Shown piece after piece: positions 1 to 13,743 of a stretch of DNA of 64,000 bases. Made by a program: the position numbers and the translations under genes. Source of the DNA: Eledone cirrhosa. Taxonomy: Eukaryota. Where the stretch lies: contig OZ024747.1 of assembly GCA_964016885.1 (NCBI GenBank), forward strand, positions 3,782,001 to 3,846,000, given 5' to 3'. The first letter of the stretch is position 1; each line of letters starts with the position of its first letter. The notes beneath the pieces are model-generated. The model searched no databases. It saw only the letters and a list, made by a program, of their open reading frames with translations, and was not told where the DNA came from.

Positions 1-469
1 CCTTTATTAAAGCACATTTTGTTTTCTAGGCCCTATGATAGGTTTCATATATATCATGGTGTTCTTTTTTGAGGCAATGTTTTATGACTGAATGCCATTC
101 CTGGGGCCAATCCTTCTTACTGCCTGTTAGAACACACCGGAATATACTGTACCTTTTACACTCCAGACACAAACAACATGTAATAAACTTAGGAAGATAC
201 TGTACCTATTACACTTCAGATACACACAGCATGTATTGCACTTGGGAATATGTTGTAATTAAATGCTACAAAGGATTTGCTCCATCACAAACCTGTAATC
301 AAAGATATTCTAGTCATGGCCACACTATTAATTTAGGGATATATCTAGGACCATATAATCTAATGTCTCCTTACCTTATTTAAAATGGAAAGGTGTGGCT
401 CAGAGATTTAGCAAATTGAGCAATCATGTAAGGGGTCTCACACTGTCTACCAGAAGATGTTGTGATAAT

Positions 470-765
470 TTAACTCCAGATCAGTCTTGATAAAGTAGAT
501 CTATGTTCAAAAACATACAAGCCTGACTGGGTCCTATGTTAGCTGCCAGAAAACCTTATTGTTTATATCCAGCTCAACCTTGATAAAGTAGACTTATGAA
601 CAAAGCCTGGCTGGGTACCATGTTAGCTGCCAGAAAATGTAGTTTAACTCTAGCTCAGCCATGATAAAGTAGATTTATGATCAAATCCTAGCTGCGTCCC
701 ATGTTAGCTGCTAGATGTTGTGGTAGTTTAAACTCTAGCTCAACCTTAACAAAGTAGACTTATGC
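470..765. repeat. Degenerate tandem repeat, about 75-100 bp unit, about 4 copies
   Basis: Repeated ttgataaagtagacttatg...atgttagctgccag. Confidence 0.7.
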
Positions 766-1877
766 TTCTTCCTTGTTTTGTTTTATTCAGCCATAAAGTA
801 ACCATGACTACATTATTCAATATGTCCTTCCATTTTGAAGATAGTAAGGTGTGAATTGAAGTAGTTTTAATTGTTGTTTTTAGCAAGTCAAGTAAATCAT
901 GTTAAAACCCTCTCATTGGCTTCTCTCAGAAGATGTAGTGTCTAACAATGACAACAGTTAAGCAAACAACCATATTATGTTGACAAATCTTATCTACAAA
1001 CATATAAAGCTGACATAACTTATTTGAGCTTTCAATCTCTAAGTTATGGCTCCAGTGTCTTATCCACGTGGACATGTTGGATCTATATGAAATCAATACT
1101 GTACAGGAAACGCATAGGAGTAAATAAGGGCATTTTAGTCAAACAAAAGCATTTATTTCTACTGTACTAAATGCACTCATACAGTTCTGTAGCATCTAAT
1201 CCTTTATAAAGATTGTACATACATACATATACACACATACACACATATACACACACATATACATACACACACACACATATATATACACATACACATACAT
1301 ACACACATACACACATATACACACATACACACACACACACATACACATACATACACACATATACACATATACATTTACACACATACACATACATACATAT
1401 ACGCACATACACATACATACACACATATACACATATACATTTACACACATACACATGCATACACACATATACACATATACATACACACACGCTCATACAT
1501 ACACACGCATATGCATACATACATGCTCACATATATATATATATACACACACATATATATATATATAAAAATAAATATAAAGAATTTATTGATTATACAT
1601 ATAAGTATGTATGTAGATTATGTGTATGTATGTACAGACCAAATATATATGTATATGTGTATGTGCATATATGTGTGTATGTATGGATCATATATATATA
1701 TATATGTGTGTGTGTGCGTGTGTATGTATTATTGGAGGTCTTTATGTAAAATCATTACATAGAAATAATCAAACATTAACTGAATGAGCACTCAATACAT
1801 ATGAGAAGATTATAGATTTTATTTTTCAAAGAAAAATGTAGCAGTGACTTTGAAGTTGTGTATATAATGAGAATCAC

Positions 1878-1942
<65 letters not shown>

Positions 1943-2108
1943 ACTCTCTCTCTAACTCTCTCTCTGTCTCTCTATCTATCTCTGTCTGTCTTTCCGTCTG
2001 TCTCTTTCTATATATATATACACCCACACGCATGCACTCATGCACACACACATACACACACATACACACACATACACAAACACACACCCACACACAAACA
2101 CACACACA

Positions 2109-2153
<45 letters not shown>

Positions 2154-2506
2154 TATATTCTGCTCTAATGGATCTACAGAAGTAACAAAAATTGTTTTTG
2201 TTGTATTTTTCCAACCGAATCTTTGGTCATTGTCGACTCAATCAAGACAGCTTGATCGGGACGAGTCAGTAAGAGAAGGAATAAGGATTAGAATTTACAA
2301 CAGATACAACAGAAGCTTAAATAGCTCCTTCTTACACTGTGTTGACAATCAAAAAGGATTATTCCTCTGTAGAGAATCGCACGTTGTGATGTGATTAATG
2401 TCAGCGCTCACAGCTATTTGACAGTAAGAATCTAAGAACTGATCAGGAAATTGTGGATCCTAGATATGAGATTCATGGGTCGACATGTATGTTAAGGATA
2501 TGCAGA

Positions 2507-2996
2507 AACATCACAAGAAAAAGTACTCAGTCCACACTGTAAAGTGGTCATGTAGGTGTCACGACAAAAAGTACTCAGTCCACACTGTATAGTGGTCATG
2601 TAGGTGTCACGACAAAAAGTACTCAGTCCACACTGTAAAGTGGTCGTGTAGGTGTCACGACAAAAAGTACCCAATCCACACTGTATAGTGGTCGTGTAGG
2701 TGTCACGACAAAAAGTACCCAATCCACACTGTAAAGTGGTCGTGTAGGTGTCACGACAAAAAGTACCCAGTCCACACTGTAAAGTGGTCGTGTAGGTGTC
2801 ACAACAAAAAGTACCCAGTCATCGCTGTAAATGTGATTGGCATTAGGAAGGGCATCCAACCATAGAAACCAACTCAGATATAGTTCTATATGAGCAAGAC
2901 ACGGTCACCTGACCTGACTGGCCTCTAATGGGACAACCTATCTAACCCATGCTAGCATGGAAAATGGACGTTAAATGATGATGATCATCATCATCA
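2507..2996 (+). mobile_element. SINE family B 3' part with internal 48-bp tandem array (about 6.5 copies) and (ATG)n tail
   Basis: Repeated aaaaagtacccagtccacactgtaaagtggtcgtgtaggtgtcacgac, then ttaggaagggcatcca and the tail. Confidence 0.8.
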
Positions 2997-3251
2997 TTCA
3001 CTATTTAAACAGTGGTTTAGAAAAGGTCATTGGCCAAAATAGAGTTCCTCTGAAAGGTTTTTGGCTAATGTTACTCAATAGCTTGTGTGACTCAGAGATG
3101 AGGGAGTCATTCTTGGTAGATCCAATAATTCTCTGTGTCAAGAGATCACAGCTTTGTACCATGGACATATATGTGGTTAGAATGTCTAAGGAAGGAATCA
3201 ATGTCAACCAGCAGGAGAACAAGAGGTAGACTATGAGTATCATGTTTAGAT

Positions 3252-3441
3252 AATAATAATGGTTTCTACTTTTGGCACAAGGCCATCAATTACCCAGTAC
3301 ATTACTGGTACTTTATTTTATCGACCCCGTAAGGATGAAAGGCAAAGTGAACCTCGGCGGGATTTGAACTCAGACCGCAAAGGGACGTAACTATGCTGGA
3401 AAGCATGGTGTCCGACCCTCTATCTATACTGCCAATCTACC
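3252..3441 (-). mobile_element. tRNA-derived SINE family A
   Basis: B-box-like GAGTTCAAATCC and central gcctttcatccttacggggtcgataaaataaagtaccag block (Meta/MESC-like by recollection). Many copies in the window. Confidence 0.8.
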
Positions 3442-3558
3442 GAATAACAAAATAGTTTTAAAGTTTGTTAAAGCAATTCCTTACACACTCTCACACATGC
3501 ATATATATATATGTATATATATATATATATGTACACACAGACACATGCACATATACAT

Positions 3559-3601
<43 letters not shown>

Positions 3602-3640
3602 CATATATATACATATATATACATATATGTATATACATAT

Positions 3641-3920
3641 GGGTGATGTGTTGTTTCCTTGAGCAAGACACTTTATTTCACATTGCTCCAGTTTACTCAG
3701 CTGTAGAAATGAGATGATAGGGACTGGGGGTCCCTATCATTCCACTGCAAAGTGGTCGTGGAGGTGCCACGGCAAAAAAGCACACAGCACTCACTGTAGA
3801 TGAGGTTGGTGTTAGGAAGGGCATCCAGCTGTAGAAAACAAGCCAGAATCAGTTCCCGTCCCACCCTTGCAAGCAGGGAAAAAGCGGACTTAAAATGAAA
3901 TGATGATGATGATGATGATA
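3641..3920 (+). mobile_element. SINE family B (CORE-like domain, RTE-like tail)
   Basis: ccttgagcaagacactttatttcacattgctccagtttactcagctgt (CORE-like), internal hairpin atgatagggac...gtccctatcat, (ATG)n tail. Confidence 0.8.
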
Positions 3921-4151
3921 TAATATATGTATATGTGTGTGTATGTGTTTATATAAGTGTGTGTATCTATTGAACTTACGTGACAAAAGCCAATTTCCAC
4001 TTTGTTCAAAGTTTTGATCTTTTATTTATTCCATTCCATCTGTGATTCTCAATCTGTGACATCATTACAGAAACTCTATCAATTTCTCAAAACTCTTCTT
4101 TCCTTACATGATGCAATTCCTCTCTATTTCTCACATATATCAAACTTTCCT

Positions 4152-4208
<57 letters not shown>

Positions 4209-4282
4209 ATAGATTTATACACATATATATATATGTGTGTGTATATATATGTATATACACATACACACACATATATATGTAT

Positions 4283-4315
<33 letters not shown>

Positions 4316-5406
4316 CACCTTTCTGTCCATCTATCTATCTTTTCACTCACTGATTTTCTTTTTCTTTTGTTTTTGTATTCTTTCTTTATTTCTTCAATTA
4401 TTATTTGTGGGGGTGTGTTCGCATGCACGCAACCTTGTGTGTCTGTGTGTGTGTGTCTGTGTGTATGTGTGTATGTGTGTCTGTGTGTGTGCGTGTGTGT
4501 GTGAGGCTAAATATAATTTTACCTTTTAAATAGATCCCCCCCCCCTCACCTCACACACATCGGTTTTTTGGGGGGTTTTTCCATCAAAACAAACTGAGAA
4601 AGCAAAAGTTTCTAATCAATGAAAGCAGAGAGAAATGTTATTGGATGTATGTAGTTCCTTCCAGTTATAGAGATACAACAAGCAGACTGGTGCAGTAGAC
4701 ATCCTCATACATGGACTGGTGTACCTTTAGTTACTGCTGCTTGGGGCAGTCCTTAAGATCTCACTCCACATTAACACACGAGCAAGACACGGTCACCTAA
4801 TCTGACTTGTCTCACTATGGGACAACTCGTCCAACCCATGCTAGCATTGATAAATGGACATCAAATGATGATGATGATGATGACGATGATGATGACAGGG
4901 CCAGATTAAGTCCTTTTGAGGTCCTAAGAACTTAAAAGACTATGTCCCCCCCCCCATCCTATATAACAATTCTTGAAACATTTTTTTTTCTTTTCTGGAA
5001 TGAGAAATACATTTAATTTGAATAAAATAATGCTGCTCTTCTCTTGATGCCCTGAACATGTATTTATTTTGCTAAACACTTTAACATTTACATTACTCTA
5101 TATATACTATTGTATTTTCACAGTAAAGGGTTTATTATCATAATTATCCCAAATGATATTGAATCTACGAGATTTTGATATTATTTATTTTGAGAACAAT
5201 ATCTTAACATAAGTATAAGTAGACAATTACAGCCGGTTTGAACAGAAAGAAGTGAGAGTATTCTGGCTGGATATGGCTGTTAAAAGGTTAATGGTTAATT
5301 CCAACCCTGAAAACACAGACAGACACAGATATAGAGAGAAACAGCTACACATTTAACTATTATTTCTGGCAGTCACCCAACTATACAGAGAGTCCATTTG
5401 GAATAA

Positions 5407-5594
5407 GGGATTGGCAGTATCGGTAGAGGGTCGGATACCATGCTTTGCAGCATAGAGTTATGGCTCTTTATGGTATGAGTTCAAATCCCGCCGAGGTTAA
5501 CTTTGCCTTTCATCCTTACGGGGTCGATAAAATAAAGTACCAGTAATGTACTGGGATAATTACCGGCCTTGAGCCAAAAGTATAAATAATTATT
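5407..5594 (+). mobile_element. SINE family A
   Basis: Same consensus as 3252-3441. Confidence 0.8.
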
Positions 5595-5647
5595 GGTCTG
5601 GGTTATATAAAAATTAAAATGATGTAAAAAGTGAATTTAGATAATTA

Positions 5648-5843
5648 TAATAATTGTTTCTACTTTTGGCACAAGGCCAGCAATTATCCAGTGTATTACT
5701 GGTACTTTATTTTATCGACCCCGTAAGGATGAAAGGCAAAGTTAACCTCGGCGGGATTTGAACTCAGAATGGCAAGGGCCGTAACTCTATGCCGCAAAGC
5801 ATGGCGTCCGACCCTCTACTGATACTGCCAATCCACTGCCCTA
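5648..5843 (-). mobile_element. SINE family A (inverted partner of 5407-5594)
   Basis: Same consensus, opposite strand. Confidence 0.8.
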
Positions 5844-6019
5844 GATAATTATAATAATGGTTTCTGAGTAAGAAATATTTTTGGTTGAGTATTGTTTTTA
5901 AGGAATGTTATTGTTTCTTTGATATTGTCATTCTGAAGAGGTTGTAATCTTTTATTTTTACCTTTTTCTTTACAGAATTTCTATATCGGCTTACCTAACA
6001 GCAATCAGAGAAGAGAAAA

Positions 6020-8437
6020 ATGCTTGTGGCAGTGTGCATGTTCCTGTTGCTTGTAGATACATCAGTTGGTGTTGACCATATTTATCATGTAGAAGAGGAC
6101 CAGGTTCCTGGGACATTTCTTGGAGACATTGCTGCTGATACACAAACAATGGGTATTGTACCGTTCCAGGAGAAGAGTCGTATTTGGTTCAGTACACTCC
6201 AACAAGATGAAAAGATTAGTTCACAGCTGTTCAATGTCTCAAAATCTGGGAAATTGTACACTGCCAAAACTTTGGATGCCGAAGCTCTCTGTAAGTATAA
6301 TACAGAGTGTTTCCAGATGGTCGATGTTGCCGTCCGTAATAAAGAATCTTTTGTAAAAATTCTTGAAATAAAAATAATCTTAGAAGATGTTAATGATAAC
6401 CAGCCAGAGTTTCCTGAGAGACAAATCAATTTACAATTCTCTGAAACTGATGGGAAAGGAACAGCAAAGTTTATACCTAATGCAATCGATAAAGATGTAG
6501 GTGTTTTAAATTCAAAAATATCCTACCACTTAAAGAAGAATATAAATGATCCATTTATCTTATCAGTAACCAAAAAGGTTGATGGCACTGACAGTCTAGA
6601 GATTATTCTCCAAGACAAATTAAACCGAGAAGTAAATGACCATTATAAAGAACAAATTATTGCTAGAGATGAAGGATTTCCAACAAAGCAAGGATTTCTA
6701 GAAATTAATATATCAGTTACAGATGTCAATGATAATTTACCAGTATTTAGTCAAAATCGTTATAATGTTTCTTTTAATAATGGCTTTGATAGATCTCAAC
6801 CAATTATAACATTATCAGCTTCTGATCTTGATTCAGGCAATAATGGAAAAATCTCATATTGTTTCAGTTCAAAAACATCATCTCTAGCTAAATCTTTCTT
6901 TCAATTAGACAAACAAACTGGAGATATCTATGTTATAAAAGACGTTTCATCAGGTTCTAAAAATATGTTCAAATTATTTGTGAAAGCCACTGATGGTGGG
7001 AATCCACCTTCAAGCTCAACAGCAGTTGTGTTGGTTTATGTAAACAACAACCAAAACAATGCTCCGGTTATTGACTTAAACTTCATCTCAAAATCAGCTG
7101 AAAACAAAGTCGCCATTTCTGAAGGTGTTAAAATAGGCAGCTTTATTGCTTTCATGAAAATCACAGATAATGATATTGGAGAAAATGGAAATGTTAGCTG
7201 CGACCTCAACAATAATAAATTTCAGCTTAAGAGTTTAGGTCGAAAGAAATACAAAGTGGTTATAATGAAACAAATTGACAAAGAGAAAAGCAACCATATT
7301 GATCTGGCTGTTAGTTGTCAGGACAATGGATCACCACCATTGAAAACTGTTAGAAAGTTCTCAATTCAAGTACTTGATGTCAACGATGTACAGCCACATT
7401 TCACTAAAGATGCATTTAAATTTCTTACTTATGAAAATGAAGAAGCCAATTTTCCTGTGGGCTATATTAATGCAACCGACCCTGATTTAGGACTTGGCGG
7501 TCAGTTAACCTACTCTTTGATTGGTCACAGCAAAGGTCTCCTTCTTCCATTTGAAATATCTGACTTTGGATTTATTTCAACTACTCAGCCACTGGACAGA
7601 GAACAGCAAGATGTTTTCAAGTTCAAAGTTTTAGTCAAAGACAATGGTATACCGTCACTCAACAGCACAGCCGTAGTTGTTGTTGAAGTAATGGATAAAA
7701 ATGATAACACTCCTTACTTTACATTTCCTAGTGTTAACCCTTTCAATCTAGATGTCCATTACCATCCTCAGAGTAAGAGTGATATTACAACATTAAGAGC
7801 TTCTGATAGAGATAGCCATGTAAATTCATTTCTTAGCTATGAAATATTTGGAGGCAATGATAAACAATTATTTACAGTCAACCCTTACACGGGGATTTTA
7901 TCTTTCTCTCGTACAGTTTACCAAAATGATGCTGGATCATATAATCTAAAATTAGCTGTCAAAGACAATGGTACACCAGTTTTATCAGCCACAACTACAT
8001 TGTCTTTGACACTAACTGTTAGTAATACAACAGCCAGAATGTACACAGCTGAGGACACAGAATCAGACAACAGAATACATATTAATTTGATGATTATTAT
8101 AGTAGTAGCAGCAGTGATAGTTTCTGTTGCTATTGTAGTTTCTGTGACTGTATGCATTGTAAGAAGAAATCACAACAGAGATATTCTATATACTGATGGA
8201 ATAGACCAAAGCAGTAAATTTATAGGTGATAGAGGAGAGTCCGAATATATGTGTCAACAAATGACACCTCAGAATGATGGACAAGTCATAATGGTGACAC
8301 ATCCAGGGATTCATCCCGCAACCGTCTTAAGAAGAGAAGCTCATTCAGATAATACCTGGAAAAGTTCATCTTTACGACGTCAACAGCAGCAACAGCAACA
8401 ACAACAGCATCCAGATATAAGTCAAGGAACTTATCAG
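6020..8437 (+). CDS. Protocadherin, large exon: signal peptide, EC1-EC6, TM helix, start of cytoplasmic tail with polyQ
   Basis: Long ORF with cadherin motifs (DVNDNQPEF, DVNDNLPVF, DVNDVQPHF, DKNDNTPYF, LDRE, AxDxG/DxG), EC1 C-x5-C (LDAEALCKYNTEC) and TM LMIIIVVAAVIVSVAIVVSVTVCIV. Pyrimidine-rich acceptor ttacag ends at 5975, so the exon starts at 5976 with 5'UTR. Phase-0 donor CAG|GTATGT at 8437/8438. Confidence 0.96.
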
Positions 8438-10737
8438 GTATGTAAAGACATTCTTACTTTCATCTAATATTAAGGTTTACTGATATTTAAATGTATATCA
8501 CAGATTTATTATCATTGCTGTGGATTGGCATTCAAATTATACATTTAACTTCGAGCAGGCCAGCAGACAGGGTTACTGGAAGCTAAACACATCCTTCCAA
8601 GTGTGGAAAGATTTAAGTGAACTAGTTAAGTGGGAACTGATGGAGGCCATAGTCAACAACAGGCAGTGAGTTTCACTAAAAAGAAAAAGGAAAATTGCAT
8701 CACTTTAGCAAAGAAATAATCATGGAGAATAGTAAGATAGGGAAAGAGCTAGTGAATCACTCAGAAAGGGTTAAGAGAAGAGTCCTTGCAAACAAAATAC
8801 CATCTAGTCACAAGAATGGCCCTTGGTTATTTCTTTAATGCAAAACATGAAGGAATCCTATAAAAGCATGGTCACCCAGAGCAACTCGGGTATTCTCTGA
8901 CATACAGACTCATGTTGAAAGTAGAATCAGCTACTTTTGTCATTTTTGCCATAGTCACCCATCTTTTATAAAATTCACTTGAAGAGAGCACCCCTCTTTC
9001 TAAGAGAGTGCCTCTCTTTCTAAGAGAGCGCCTCTCTTTCCACTTTCTGGAACAAATATCACAGAGTATTCTGTTAAGAACTCTAACAATTCTGCCAATG
9101 CACCATCCTGGGATGATATTTTATTTTATCAACCATTAAAAGATGTAAGTTAAAATTTACTCCAGTGAGATTTGAACTCAGAACACACAGAGCTGGAACA
9201 AACATTGCAGCATTTTGTCCTACACTCTAATAACTCTGCTAATTCTTCACTTTGTTAATCAGATTCTGTATCAGAATACCTTTTAATTTATATTCTCCCA
9301 CGTATTCAATAGAATTTTGAATCACCAGAATTTCCATATTTTTTCAGCTAGATTCAACCATTCTTTCTTATAGGAAGCATTATGAAAAAAAAAAATGTTG
9401 GATTATATTTTCTGCTATGGCTGACAGGAAAGGCCATAGCTGCCTTGTAGGCTCCTGATTATACTAATTATCTCACACAGATTTCACACTCCCACCTTTT
9501 CCTATCTTTCTGTCATGAATATTTGCTGCATGACTATTGAAATTCAAAATAGCATAACTGTGTCATTATTAGAGAGTGTTGCATTGCTGTTGGCCAGTTT
9601 CCTAAATAAAGCAAAATGTTACTTCCTTTTTTTTCAGTCACAGAGAATTTTTGAATTTTAAAAATGGTAAAAATTATTACTATTGTTATAAATATCACCA
9701 GTTAATATCATCATTGCCTCCCTCATCATTACTATCATTGTTATCATTAGTCTTATTTTCATTGTGTTGTCACTGTATTACTGAGCACAGTAATATGTGC
9801 CTTGGGTATGTGCAGAGTTGGGGTTCTTTTTGTGTTGTTGCTTCTATTGTATTGAAAGTACTCTCCATAATATGTATGCAATGCTTAGTCTTGCTGTTTT
9901 GGTTATGTATCTGTCTATGTGTTGATGTTTTTTATCATTCCTAGAACACATTATTATAGGGTTTGTTTTTGTCTTTATCATCTACATTTGGGTTATTTCT
10001 AGATATTTATATTTGGATAATTTTTTCCTTTTATTGAAAGATATATTGTTATCTGTGTGGACTGGTGTGTCAGAAGGCATTTCTTTTTTTATGGATTTTT
10101 ACTACAATATCTGTTTGATTGGCTTTGATCTCTGTCTGCGTTACACATGTGTTAGAATACATGGGGGGAGGATGTACATATATATTATACCTATATATGT
10201 ATAGGTATAATGAAGACATCACACAACACTGACCAATTTCTGCAAACTTAGTCATCCAAATTTACCTGTGTATATCTTTGAATTTACTTGAAATATCTAT
10301 GGTAAAGAGATACACTAGCGGTATATAGACATGTCTGTCATTTTCTGTTTGATATAATCTTCCTCTCTCTCTCCTCCTCTACCAGAAAAGTATTCTTCAA
10401 ATTCTTCTTTAGCCCAAACAACAGTTTAACTAGGTTTTTATTACTGATCCAACTCCCTACTGGGTAGGCACTTCTTTGTGAGAGACTTCCAGCCTCTCAT
10501 TTGCTAATTTCTTTATCTTCCCTCTCTTTATTTTCTCACTGTCCCTGAGAGTTTCTTACATTTTGCCAGTCCCCACTTCCATGTAATTGTTGAGAGATAA
10601 TTGAATAGTATTACTGCTCATAGTCTATGGTCCGCCCTGTTCCGGAGAGGGAGATATGTCATGAGTAAGTGGTAAATAGTTCTGTAGATACAGATAAAAG
10701 AGGGAATTATAAAGATGAATCCACTTGAATTAGCAAA

Positions 10738-11340
10738 GGAATATTTCAAGGGGACTCCTCATCTCCACTCTTTTTCTTGTCTAATATTGATGCTATCAAC
10801 TGAGATACTAAACATGACTAGACATGAACACAAATACTACAGCAATAAAACCAATCGCCTCTTGTATATAGATGATCTCAAGCTGTACACTGTAAATGAT
10901 AAATAATTAGAAACCTCACTGCTGACAATACATGGATTTACAAGAAAAATAAATATGAAATTTGGTTTTTTTTAAATATACCAAGGTAAACCAAACCTAA
11001 AGAAAGGAAAACTAGTTAAAAACACTAATATCACGTTAGATAAAAGAAACTGAGATAACAGAATTAGATCAAACACAGACATACAAATACTTAGAAATCA
11101 ATTAACTAGACAGTATCAGACATACACAAATGAAAAAATGAAAAGATTAGAAACAAATACTTAGATACATTAGATTACTACTTAAAATAGATATAAAGAC
11201 AACGAATAAGATAGCAGTTGTGACAGTAATATGGTAGAGTTTTAGTATTCTTAACCAGACACTAAACAAACTAATTTGACTAGACAGAAAAAAACAAGAA
11301 AATTGATGACTGCATCTAGAATACTCCATCGTTGTGATCA
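10738..11340 (+). mobile_element. Degenerate non-LTR retrotransposon RT relic (R4/Dong-like)
   Basis: GIFQGDSSSPLFF at 10738, frameshift, then LLYIDDLKLY at 10859, then MKFG and YKYL motifs, with stops. Confidence 0.7.
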
Positions 11341-11544
11341 ATAAAGAAAAGGCTTTACAGCATAGAGTTATGGTTTAACTGTAGACTAAATGCTAACTTC
11401 CTCTCTCTCACTCTCTATCCTTCTCTGTGAGAAATCTACTATGTTCACACCTGGAGAGGGTTGAGCTCTGTCAGGCTTAAAATGTCCTAGAAATGCTGTA
11501 TGCCAATGCAGCACCTCTATGACTCCCTCATGAGTTATTTGACC

Positions 11545-11740
11545 AGGGTGGATTGGCAGTATCGGTAGACGGTTGGACGCCATGGTTTGAGGGCAAAGAT
11601 TTACAGCCCTTTATGGTCTGAGTTCAAATCCCTCCGAGGTTAACTTTGCCTTTCATCCTTACAGGATCGATAACATAAAGTACCAGTAATGCACTGGGAT
11701 AATTGCTGGCCTTGTGCCAAAAGTAGAAATAATAATTATT
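11545..11740 (+). mobile_element. SINE family A
   Basis: Same consensus. Confidence 0.8.
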
Positions 11741-11904
11741 ATTATCATTGTTACAACTTTCTATTGGGAATTTTTTTTAGTTTTAAATGTTCCTTTTTTT
11801 AGTTTTTGTTATAACTTTTTTACACACTAAAACGCACACTTTATCATACTGTACCATCTTTAATGTTTTCTTAATGTGAGCCCTGTGTAGATAATAAAGA
11901 AATT

Positions 11905-12342
11905 GTTATTATTATCATTTGGGAAGAGGGGAATGTTGATTAAATCGACCCCAGTGCATTACTGGTACTTTATTTTATTAATCCTGTAAGGATGAAAGTC
12001 AAATCTAACCTCGGCAGGATTTGAACTCAGAACGTAATGGGCTATAACTCTATGCTGCCAACTGTATGCTGTAACTACTGTTACTGCCAACCCACCACCC
12101 TCTAATATAATAACAATAATAATGGTTTCTACTCTAGGCACAAGGTCAGCAATTTTGGGGGAGGGGAAAGTCGATTAGATTGACCCCAGTGTATGACTGG
12201 TACTTTATTTTATCAACCCTGCAAGGATGAAAGACAAAGTTAACCTTGGCGAGATTTGAACTTAGAACGTAATAGGCCATAACTCTATGCTGCTAATCAT
12301 GTTGTCTGACACTCTACTGCTACTACCAACCCACCACCATCT
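11905..12342 (-). mobile_element. Two tandem SINE family A copies
   Basis: Same consensus twice (about 11905-12102 and 12115-12342). Confidence 0.75.
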
Positions 12343-13673
12343 AATATAACAATAATAATAATAACATGCCACATTATTTTCTGGTTCCTTTTTTCCACAT
12401 TTTTCCTCCACATAATAATTACCAGCTAATGTATTCCTCTCTTTTATATCTTTCAAAACATAGCTCTTAACAGCTGTAACAGACAAGTGGTTCAGGTTTT
12501 TTAGTTGTGTGCAATTTCCATAAAACTGGCGACACTTTTTGGGAAAAAATTGACACCACATTGGGGGATTTTTTTGCTATCTTTTTAATTTTTAATTTAG
12601 AAAAAATTTATTTATTTGTTTTCACACAAGCATTAAAAAATGTTGAGATTGAGAAGATAGTAAATATCCATTTATAGCAGGCTAAATGTTAACAGTTTTC
12701 TTTAGTGTCCTGAACAACGAAATCCTTGATAATAATCAATTTATGTGATATTGGGAGGGGGTTGTATTTTTTATTATTATTTATAATTTAGTCGTTATTT
12801 TTGACTGATTTAAATTTAAAATGGAGAAAAAATTTGTCGAATGAAAATTGAAATAAAAATTGTATTTGAATAATACCTGCTGTCACCACTTTAGTTCCAC
12901 CACTTAAAGCTATGTCAGAAACAAAATATTGTTTTAGGGAATAAAATTGATTTCTTTCAAAGAATACTTATTACACAATGCTTCTTTTTCTGTTTTACCT
13001 TGTTTTTTAAATTAACGAAAAAAACAAAAAAATTCCGGCTTATGTGATGCAGGATGGGGGAAGTTCTAGTTTGTTGAATATATTACTGATAATTATTTGA
13101 GCCATTAATAGAGCCTTAACATGGCCAATCACTTTCATAGAAATAGCAGATAAAGAATAAAATCTCTCGCTGCCTCTCTAATTCTCTCTAATTCAGTCAC
13201 AAATGACCATGGGTTTTGCACCTAGAAAGTTCGCCATCGCGGCACAAAGTCTGGGCAAAGTGTCTTTTGTGGAAGACCAGCAGTCACTCATTGTATACTA
13301 GTCTCCTCTCTCCATGCCACTGATGTTGTTCAAGGGAAAGGCAATGGCTGATACAGCTTAACACCAATGACTTTGCAACTCATTTCTACATCTGAGTAAA
13401 CTGGAGGAATGTGAAATAAATTAGGTGTATTTTATAATGCTCAACTACTGAAAAGAAAGTCTGAGTTATAACTAATGGAACTCTTCTGTTGGCACCAGCT
13501 TTCATTAAGAGTGACGACTCTTCTAGAGAGGTTACCTTTCCTGACACTCTGGTATCCACATCTCCGTCCCTTTACAATACAATATTAATTTCATACTAAG
13601 GCAGAAAGGCATACATAATTTTATATTCCAATATACTGAAATGAGATGATGAGAACCATAAGTTGTAAATGTA

Positions 13674-13743
<70 letters not shown>

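Noticed and set aside
2160-2490. Promoter or first non-coding exon of the protocadherin (GTAAGA at 2424)
   Set aside because: Plausible, but cannot be supported from sequence alone.
8438-8467. ORF end VCKDILTFI*
   Set aside because: It follows a consensus donor CAG|GTATGT, so it is most likely intron read-through.
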